64,000 nt of DNA from contig BQFW01000014.1 in assembly GCA_020891255.1 (NCBI GenBank), positions 1,860,001 through 1,924,000 on the forward strand, given 5' to 3'. Shown here in pieces: positions 51,829 through 62,000 of this stretch. Both the position numbers and the translations under genes were made by a program. Every line of letters starts with the position of its first letter. Position 1 is the stretch's first letter. A model generated the notes under the pieces. It ran no database searches. It had not been told where the DNA came from and saw nothing but the letters and a program-made list of their open reading frames with translations. Source of the stretch: Entomortierella parvispora E1425. Its lineage: Eukaryota; Fungi; Mortierellomycota.

Positions 51829-54800
51829 ATGGAGAGTGGAGAAGAGTCGTCGATCGTTGATCTGGACCCTTTGAACTCAGTCAGCCAGACAGGTTCATTA
51901 TTGAACTCTGGGGATACGCAGATGGAGTTCCTTGAAGAGGTATTGCCAATACTTGACTTAAAGTCAGTCCTGGCCATGAAATGGCAAAGCTGATTTCGCA
52001 ATGCTGATTGTACATTTCGCTGCTCCATTAGATTGCACTCTCATTCGTTACGGACGCGCTTTTTTTGGAGAAAGCCAACGCGCTCCTTTTGAACGAACAG
52101 CAGCAGAGTGAAACTCTACAGAGTCGAGCGGAGAGTATTGTTCGGGATGGCGGGGCCAGCTTTCCATTAAACGACAACGTCGACAAAACCCTCTACATCC
52201 TCCAACGGCAGTTTGGCCTCGTTGTTGACGAAACCAGCGACACTCTCTCCGCGTACATCGCCGCACTGATGAACAAAACCGTTCATGCAACCTTCCAGCT
52301 GATTGCACCCGAGTCTAATATCGACATTCCACCATCAAACCTGCTTTTACGCGTCATCGCCCAACAGCTTGGTTTGACCATCATAGTGCTGTCAACGAGG
52401 TCAATGGCATTACAATATGGAAACGATCTCTCTTCGACCATCGTTCTGCTGGAGGCTGTGGATGCTTTCAAAAGCGTGCGAACCTACACCCCTCTATCAT
52501 GCGCGTCGTGTACACCTGTCTATACTGCCACACCCTCTCCTACCGCGGAATTATCTTTGAATCCTATCGCCAAGTTCCGGGATCATAAAAGGGCTCGACA
52601 TACCAAAGACAAGGGCATTGTCAATGTTGTGGTTGGAAAGAAATGCATCAGAGAAAGATGGTACGTTGAATTGATATTGAGACACTGCTCTGAGCCCCCA
52701 GCACATCTTACTAATCCGCCAATTGTAACAACCCTAGCGAGATCGTACTCCGAGGACTTGTGAAGGCCGCTGCACAGACAGCCTTCGACACGGCCATGAA
52801 AGGCAAGATTGCGTGCCCGCCCGACCTGTCTTTGTTGATGGAGCAGAAGTTTCCAGCCTTAGAGAAGAGGGAACTGGGGCGCAATCGGGTTCCGCCACAC
52901 ATTGTTCAGGAAGCTGTGCGGGATATGGAGCTTAAGACTGGCCAGCCCGTGGGATCTGTTACGACTCAAGCCTTTAAAGCCAGACTCTGCGAAGAGAACT
53001 CTGACTTTTCATCGATAAAAGTATATTTGGAAACTGCCGAAGAGAAACTTCGACAGATTTGGGACGGTTATGTGCTGGAACACCAACACAATGGCACTCA
53101 GGCATCCGTTGTAGCCCCAGCAAGCACCTCATCGTCCCCCTCATCAGGCAGCATTCAGAACTCTGAACCATCAAAGGAGGGAGCCGACGAGGAGCAAGAG
53201 CTGCGCATGTGCGATGCATCCCTTGGAAATATCCTCCGGCCAGGAATGTACAAAGAAGCTGAGAGGATACTTACGGACAAGCAGACAAGAGTCTCCAACT
53301 ATGTCGACGAAGTGCAAGTTGCACTCCGGAAAGCGGCAATAGTGGTAAGAGACTGGCGGCTTGCTCTATTATCTCGTCATGTTACTTATTGGTTTATTTC
53401 TTTGCTTGACCAAACTATAGACATGTCAGGGACTTTTGCATACGCAGTCGGAAAACGTCGATTTGAAGTCGTTCCTTCCGAAAGATTTTAAAATAAGGGA
53501 TCTTTCTCTCGAGAAGAACCCGGTCATATTGATAGGAATTGTCTCCAGCACTTTTATGACAAAGTTTGTGAAGACAAAAGACCACGACAGCGATATCGAC
53601 TCCGACCTCCTCAACCTCTTTGATCAGGCAACCATCCAACATCTTTCTTCGAGACTTATTTCAACAGCCTCGGCTTCCGAGCCCCCGCCCAAAAAGCAAA
53701 AGCTGGACAGTGGGGATAATGCTCCTGCTGATGATGAAGATGACGAGGAGGAAGATAACCAGGAAGATGATGATGACAATACTGAGGTCAAGGATGTCGG
53801 TGGTGCAAAGACCAGTAAGGGAAGGGTCCATCCAGCTTGGGACACATTGGCGTCTATTGTACAGCAAACCACAACCACCACCATCGACTACACTAAAGCG
53901 CCGCAAGGGATGGGCCAGGTGAAAAACGAGATGATCCGGACCATGGCGACAAATATGAAAAACATTTGGAGCGGGGACATTTATGGTCACGTCAAGAAGG
54001 CAGTCGTTCGATACCTTGTCAGGATCCATCTTCGTCCTTTGAGTGAGAAGTGGTTTAGAGAGTATAAGCAAAAAATGGCCGAAGAAAAGAGAAAGGAAGC
54101 CAAGCGACGAAAGTCGATACCAAGATCCAGACACAAACAGGCGAGAAGGAGGCATCGCAGCCTGCTGAATCAGCTTGACCACACAATCCACAAGTGTGAA
54201 CTGCACTGGTCAGGATCGACACTCTACGTGCGGGATCAGGAGTCTGAAGCTACCGATGTGGAAGTCGAACATCCTTCGCTTTCCGACGGCATGGTCTCTT
54301 TGACCCCAAGCTCCCGTGTCTCTAGAGTCCAGAAGCTGCTCTATTTGATCGGGAACGGACCACTTCCTTTCAACGCCGAATCAGCTGCTGCTCCCACCGA
54401 GGGAGGCCACGATCTCTTGGACGCAGAGGGGATCGACGACCAGGACGATGAGGTTGGCTTTGAGTTAGATGGGATCGACTGCCAGGAGGAAGATGGCAGT
54501 GGGGCAGACGAGTTCTACGACCAGGACGATGAGGATGGCTTCGACGAAGTTGTTGCTGAGTTGGAGGTCAGTGAGACAGTAAACGAGCAACAGGCCAAGC
54601 AAGGTACAGTGATGGTGTGTGGCCACTGTATTTGTACTCGGTGAGTAGAGTATTAACACGTTTATTCATCTCATGATAGCGCGAAAAGCTGAGCCTACAT
54701 CGAAGCACGTGAAGGGGTTGGAAGTAGTCATCTGCAAACTGCTGGACTTGTCAGAAGCGGATCTTCCGACCGTGATCACGGACGATGACTTCCGCGCTTA

Positions 54801-57278
54801 CTTGTTCACGGGCCACAAGTTCCTGCATGACGAGATCAAAGTTGCGGCAGGAATTGTCAACCTGCTTCGCCCATTTGCCCCGAGGAAAGACAAATCTGGC
54901 CATATTCCACGGCACATACTGGCAACGGGACCATTCGTCTACTTGGCAAATCTACTTTTACGAGCAATGGGATTTCAAGATTTCACCAGAGAGATTTCTC
55001 CCATCTCGTCTGCGGGTAGCATCCATGCCATTCCTTTAGGATCGATAGGATTGACACAAGCCCTATGTTGTCCTGACAAGGGACACTTTGACGTCCACAG
55101 CCAGCGAGGAGAGTTGCTTTCCAAACCAGAGCTAGCAGTCGATCATTCCTCTCTGATCTTTGCCGCGTTCTTCAAAATGGAAACAGTAAACTCCATTTGC
55201 AAAGCACATGGACTCGAGTTTGCGAACAGGTAAGCGATGCAGAGGTGGTGAAGAGAGGCATGGTACATACAGAGCATTTTTTTCTAACGCACCTCATTTT
55301 CTATCGAACTTTAAAACGATCGTAGGATGATGTTTGTTGACCACCAGACTGTACGGATCCTGGGGCGTAAAACAAAACTAGGCGCACCTTCGGACTTGAC
55401 GAAAAAGAAAGGAGGCAAAAAGGCTACAAGGAAGAACTGGCAACCATCGGATGCAGACCTCCGACAGTTGAAATTGGAAGAGTCCAAGTTGGACAAGTCT
55501 ACGGCCAAGGAACGAGCGGCAGAGTTGGGAGAAGCGATTAAGGACAGCGAAATTGACATGAAGGGTCTAAATCGCCAAGCAGCAAAACTAGAGCTATCGG
55601 TTAAAAAATACAAATCAGAACTCCAGCAGCTCAAAGGAGACGATCACATGGCCGACGAAAGCGCAGAGGTCGAGGACTGCTTGAACAAGGATCGGCAAGA
55701 GCTCTACGACATACGACGTCAAATTATTCCGCAAAAAGTTGCCCTCAAAAGGTTGCGGCAGAAGAAGTACGACTACGACCGATACAGCAAATCCTCCTTG
55801 TCAGCACCGTCAAAAAAGAAGGACAGGGAGCAACCTGACGCTCCAACTATGACCACCCCAACTTTGAGCCGACCGGGCTGTATGAACAAGACCGAGTCCG
55901 TTGATATCAGCACACTTCTACGCGATATTGACGCCAACAATGCAGATCCAACGGCACGCAAAGTGCAACTTGTACCGGGGGGAACGGACCCAGGGTCCCA
56001 CATACTTTTTAACACCGTCCCAGTCCCAATGGCTTCGCTCATCAAACTTCGGAACAGATTTGAGGTCTTGGCGGATGGAAAGGACCCGGACGATGGACTG
56101 CCGTCACTTGAGAGTATGAAGTTCCCTGATGCGCACCAGACAACCACTCAGCAGCTACGCCACCATGCTGGATTGAATAAGAGGGCAAAGAAACGACGTC
56201 GCTTGATTTCATCCAATAGAGCCGTGTCAGACGCCCATTCTCTGCTGGCCGAACACTCCATTAAAAAAGCGCATTGCATCCAGGACGTTGAGCAAGCCCA
56301 GACAATCCGGAGAGGGACTCGCACGACTCTTCAAGGCTTTGAACAGTCAAAAAAAATGAAGAACAGCCGCCGAAGAGGAGAACTCGAGCTGAAACGCACA
56401 TATGACAGGGCAGCTGCTGAAGAGAGGAAAGCGTTCGGGAAGCAACCTTGCGGTAAGTCGTGCAACTTGCAACTTCAGTCTTTAGTCTTTAGTCTTCAGT
56501 CTTGCTTTTTTTTTTTTTTTGTGAGATACAACGACAAACGACATCGTACTAATTGCAAACTTTTCTGAAAATAGGTGAAGATGCGTTCACGAAAAAGCTA
56601 GAGAAGAACGGACAGTGCACCTCTTGCAATACACACCACCGACCCGAGCTTGTCCCAGATCCACAAGACCCCTCCAAACGTCGCCTAATCCTGAAGCACG
56701 TTACCGATTGTCCGAAGACCAAGCCCAGAGTAATACCCTTATTCTTACACGGCGCCGCTGGTTCTGGCGTAGGCTCCCGTCTGAAGGGTCGCGCTAAAAT
56801 GGGTGGTAGTAAAATCCCTCGGAGGCACATGTGCTCCTCTCCGGTTTGCAAGACCAACGAACATCTTTCTTCACAGACGTGCCCGCTATGCTTTCAGCTG
56901 CTTCGACTTGCAAGAGGGAGACGGTGGCGAAGAGGCATCCACAAGCTGGTCCGGCTACATGGGGCAGTCGAGTGTTTTAATCCAGATTGTGCTGCATTCA
57001 GGCGCGGATACACACAGAGAGGAAGAGACACGAACGCATCGATGAACATTGCTTTGGCAGGATTTTCGCTCCTGCTCTCACCAGAACGCCGCCCAATCGC
57101 GCCGTTCGACCCACAGGCCCCCGCTTGGGCGTGCCCAACAACAACAGACACCAGTGCGTCACCACCTGGATACCAAAAACTTTCCCCTCGCATCGAAGCA
57201 GATGCCGAAGCGGACGCGGATATCTGTCCGAGTTATGTAAGTACTCTAAGATCAAATTGCTTTCTGGCCCTATTATAA
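51829..57278 (+). mobile_element. Giant Fanzor (eukaryotic TnpB-like RNA-guided nuclease) gene, 7 exons, ~1,636 aa, reading frame intact
   Basis: Exons 51829-51939, 52032-52660, 52738-53344, 53421-54603, 54680-55229, 55326-56452 and 56575-57278 total 4,911 nt; all six GT-AG introns are phase-consistent. RuvC-I GTDPG (D at 55987), RuvC-II GAAGSGVG...TNEHLSSQTC (E at 56859), Zn finger CPLC...CFNPDC, RuvC-III RDTNASMNI (D at 57027). Confidence 0.82.
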
Positions 57279-57289
57279 TTGTTAGCCCG

Positions 57290-57470
57290 AGTTCAAATCG
57301 ACCCACTTACTTTGTTTACGCTTCCGTTTTATGCTGACAGACACTGTAAGAGCCAGAAACAGTTCCACAGGGTCGAGATGATTTGTATCTCTTCGCGTCC
57401 CACACATTCGCAAGAGAGGAGTCAGGGAGGGAAGAAAAGGAGCCAGGAGGGCGGGCACCCTTTTGGACAA
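57290..57470 (+). ncRNA. Candidate Fanzor omega-RNA scaffold (three consecutive stem-loops just after the stop codon)
   Basis: Stems found by hand: 57294-57304/57370-57385 enclosing 57306-57317/57339-57350; 57388-57397/57409-57417; 57443-57451/57458-57466. The position matches known Fanzor/TnpB omega-RNA loci. Confidence 0.45.
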
Positions 57471-57775
57471 AATGGTCAACTATCGGAGGATTCTTCCCCT
57501 TGAAACACTTTTTCATGTCACCTCATCCATCCAAACCCAGACGGAACCTCAGAAGCCGTCGGATGTTGAAAGCCTCCAAGGATCGACAACTGAAGAACAT
57601 GCAGTCTGCCCAACCCCCTTGTTGATAATCTTGTACCACCAACCGACCCAAGGGATCCAACGTCCACTTTGCTCTGTCTTTCTCTGTTTTGTTTTGTTGA
57701 TGTCTCTGTTTTGTTCTCTTGGTGAAAAACGATAATGTACATGTACATTGGGTAAAATATAGAGTGAGCACACGT

Positions 57776-58387
57776 CTATGATAATGGAACGTCTGCTGCT
57801 GCAAGAGCCGTCGATGGCGACAGCGAGGAGGGCTCAAAGTCATCCATCTCTATTGGCTCATCCAACTCCAGTCGCCGAGAATGTCGACTGCATGGCGAAG
57901 AAGAAACACTATACCGTCCTCCGAGCGAAACGGCCTTTTTGATGCTCTTTGTGGAAGAATTGATCATGAGCAGTAGCTGGATCTGTCTCTGGTGCTTTTG
58001 CCTACTGCTGCCGTTATCCTTGCTTGGGGGGAAGGGGGGAAGTGATCTCGCCCTGGCAGCCGCTCCTGTCCTTGTTGCTGTCGTTGTTTCTGCTATTGAA
58101 GAAGGGTCAAACGGTTGCTGTGCCAAAATGGAAGACTCTAGGACTTCTGCCGAGACCTTTTCCAGGGGAGGAGCGCCCTGCCTGCGTATCATTCGTGGCT
58201 TGCGAGCAGAAGTACAGCAGCAAGGACGATAGTCCATGTCCTCAAGCAAAGCTCGAGCACAGGTTGCACAGGGACAGGGCAGGTGGTTTGAATGATGTTC
58301 CAAGTAAGCAGGTGGAGGGGTCTGGAGCAGCGAGACGATCAGGGCCACGGACGAGAACGTGGACATGACGACGGCTGTGACAATCAT
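57776..58387 (-). CDS. Hypothetical protein with a Cys-rich N-terminal patch (CPCATC...RPCCC) and S/R-rich tail
   Basis: Long open frame with ATGs at 58387 and 58366, preceded by a pyrimidine-rich leader. No family recognised. Confidence 0.45.
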   Translation of the reverse strand: MIVTAVVMSTFSSVALIVSLLQTPPPAYLEHHSNHLPCPCATCARALLEDMDYRPCCCTSARKPRMIRRQGAPPLEKVSAEVLESSILAQQPFDPSSIAETTTATRTGAAARARSLPPFPPSKDNGSSRQKHQRQIQLLLMINSSTKSIKKAVSLGGRYSVSSSPCSRHSRRLELDEPIEMDDFEPSSLSPSTALAAADVPLS

Positions 58388-59044
58388 GAGGGGAGAGAGC
58401 GAGAGGCAGGAAGGGAGAGATAATGGGGGAACGTGACAATGTGGTTGAAGATGGGGAAGTGCGGTAGGGTCGGTGAGGTATGAAGAAAGGAAAGAAAGGT
58501 GAGATCGACCATGAAGGAGCAAGTTACCTGGTAAAAACAAAAAAGCTTTGAAAGTCAAAAAAAAGAAAAGCACGGAGCACAACAACTGCAAATGTGCACA
58601 AGCCACTATTGCTGTTTATGTCCACGAAAGTGGCTGAGACAGATCAAGGAATAAAGCCCCAGTGCTCACGTACACACGAGCACGGACACGCCACGCCAAG
58701 TAGGTTCAGTGTACGTACCGCTTGGATTTCCCGCAGCTCCAATCGTCGGAGCTCCGCTGCCGATGCAAGAGGAGCACCGAGGTGGGGTGTGAAAGGGTGA
58801 AAGGGGCCTGCGGCTTCGGGCTTTGGGCGCGTGTGAGTATCGTATCCTCTGTGCCTGTGCGCGCCTGGCCTGGCTTGTCTGTTACTGTTCACCTCCTTTG
58901 AGCATCCATCTCTTCTTTTCACCCCTCTCTCCTTCGCTCTCCTCCTAGTCAGATCCTCCATTCTCATCACTGGATCAGCTTCATCACCACCGTCGACCGT
59001 CGCTTATTATCTCCCAACGACTACTCTCTCCCCTCTCTCATCCA

Positions 59045-62000
59045 ATGCCCCCCCACTCGTCTTCAGCTGCTTCGGCGGCCCTTATGCACGCCTTTGGCAC
59101 TCAGCCCGAGGCCTTTGCCTTTGACTCGACCTTTATTCATCACCATGAGGTACGAGGATGTACCGCTTCTTGATGTACAGAACATACTCTTGCACGAACC
59201 TCTCATTGGGATCTAATCAATGCGCTCTCTCCCCCACTCTTGCATCCTCTCTTTCAGGATTCGACTATTTGTCTCGGTGACATGAAGAAGGCTCAGCTGG
59301 CCACGCCAGAGTGGAATCTCAACTCTCATCTCTTCTCCCTCGACGACTCCCTGACCAGGCAAGTTTTTGGCTGGGCCCTGCTTTGCTTATCCGACAACGA
59401 CGTCTTGATCTTTGGTTTATTTCTCGACCGAATCCCATTCTTATCTCTTTTACTGCTTCCTTCCTCGCCCTGCTTGTCAACCGATTGCCTCTCCTCCGCC
59501 TATTCTTTCGCCCGAACATAGCTTTCAAACCAATGCTTCGCCCATTTTGAGCCACCGCTTGAACGTCAAGACGCATGTCTTCAAGAAGGAGCTCCAGGAG
59601 TACATTCCCACGCAGATTGAAGATCGTCTCCGTATCGAGACCATCATCTATGTCGAGCTCTCGATCGTTGATCAGGCCACCGGCGCCGTCGTTAATTCGT
59701 ACGATTTTGTGCGTTTGCCCAAGGATCTTTTCTTGACTCAGGCTGACAAGCTCATGTCGGCTGAGGAGCTAGCGACCAAGAGCGTTCTCAACGTCCAGGC
59801 CACCCTCCAGTGCCCTTCCAACGGATGGCAGGAGGAGAAAGAGGCCTGTCTCCGCTGTGCTCGTCGCATGTCCACCAAGTTGGACCAGTCCGAGAGCAGG
59901 GTAAGTATTTGCCCCTTATTGAATCCCTGGCATATAAAATAGACTCGTGGCGTTGAATTTAGGGCGCTGACATTTCTTGGTTTCTGCTCTTTTAGATCAT
60001 GCACATGCTGCCAGAGTTGCACCGTGCGGAGAATGGCGACTCTTTGATTAGCTTCCGCTCCGGCGTCGCCAACATCCAGTTCAAGATTAATTGCTACTGT
60101 GGCCACAAGAAGGAAAAGGAGGGCTTTGTGATTCGTTTCGACTCTCAGTCGGATGCCTCCATTGCCTCCCATGTTACCCTTCCCTTGATGTTCTATCACC
60201 AGAACAAGAACAAGGCATCCACCCGCACTGTCACTCAGTCTGATCAGCAGCAGCAACAGCAAGTGTCTTCAGCGCGCAACATTGTCAAGTCTGTGACATC
60301 GATAACCAAACGGAATCCGAGACCCCAAAAGCCTGGGCATAGCCCTATAGGGCATCAGTTGCCTTCGCCTCCCAACTCTCTTTTGGATTCGCCAAATGAA
60401 TGGTCTTCTAGCCCAGAGCTGGATGACTTTATGGACAGTTCCGACATTCCGTTCACAGTACCCTCACCTCCTCCCCCAGACCCATTGATATCGCTCTTCC
60501 CCGACCTTACCGAGGAATCATCTTCTGGAACTTTGGAGCAACAGCAGCCAACTGTGGCTCTTATTAGCCACATGACTCCCAACACTGGATCCGTTCGTGG
60601 CGGTACCTTGGTGACCATCCACGGCACCGGCTTCTCTGTTGGAGAGGTTCTGTACGTTTGCTTTGGCGAGAACGTCGTACCCATCATTCCCCAGCACAAC
60701 CATGTGATGGAGTGCGTCACCCCTGCCTCGAACAAGGCTGATACTGTCCCCGTCTTTGCCATGAACGCCGTCGAGTCTGGAGTTGCCCAGACTACTTTCA
60801 CTTACGTTGACGACAATGAGCGAGAACTTATCAAATTGGCACTTCAGCGAATGATGAACATTACGGCTCGCATGGATGGACCTTTGGATTCCGTCATGAC
60901 TCGCGCCAACGAGTTTGCCATGTGGAACGATCTTTTGGAGGGTGGACTGGACGGCGTCTCGGCCGCTTCTGGAGAAAATTCGTTCTCGAGCGTGGAAAAG
61001 ATGGTCCTGCAGACCTTCACGCTTTTGGACTCTGCCTCGACAAAGAACGTGGAGGGTCTGAACATGGTCAACAGTACTGGACATTCCATGCTCCACCTCG
61101 CTGTGGCTCAAGAGTTCCAGGCTCTTGCCCGCGAGTTGATCGCCCGCGGCGTGGACAAGTCTATTCAGGATAAGAACGGCATGACTGCCTTGGACTGGGC
61201 TCATACCGTTGGTCGAAACTCAGCCATGGTTGATATCCTCACTGGTATCGAGGGTGAGATGTCTGCTGTCAAGGACACCGATGTTACTCTTTCTGAGGAT
61301 CTCCTCACCAAGAACGGTGAGGTGGCCCTCGGTCTTCAGTTGTCGGTTAATCCTGGCTCAGGTCAGGATCATGACCCATCAGGACATGGTCAATCCGACG
61401 GCCCAGGCGGCATAGGCGAATCAAAGAGCATGGACAACCCCACAGAGCTTGCATTGGATCTATCGGATGATCCCCACATGGACATTGAATGGGAGGGCTT
61501 TGGTCAGGGACCAGGAAAGTCGATCGCCGAGTCCGACGATGTGGCAGGCTCGAAGATCCTTGAAATGAACAAAATGACGGGCTTCCTCTTTGATGGCGCC
61601 TCGAACTTTGCTCTGCAGGATCTAAAGAACCTGCCACAAGGGGCAGCGACAGATCTTTCCAGCACCTCGACGACCACTGTCGACAAGGACACGCGAATGG
61701 CCCTCCTTCAACGCCAATATGAGCTCCGCAAGACCGCCATCCTCTCGGCGATCCCCACCCTTAGTGGAGCTTTGGCGGACTCGTTGATGGAAGGTTCGAC
61801 CTCGACTTTGACCTCTGGTGCGGCGGCCGCTGCCGCTCAAGGCTGTCACTCCCCCGCCCCCCAGCGTCGTATGTTCATACCAGAGCAACAAGCTGAGGTT
61901 CCAGGAGCGGATGTCAGAATGGGTAAATTTGAACAAAACATCCCTATACAGACCTCCCGCTTCGTCGACTGCCCTATAGGGGAGACGCTTGCGCCGGCTG

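Noticed and set aside
57237-57350. Possible seventh Fanzor intron (GTAAGT at 57237, CAG at 57338-57340)
   Set aside because: It would only change the last few residues (stop after two codons), lies after RuvC-III, and overlaps the hairpin region. Left out of the model but not excluded.
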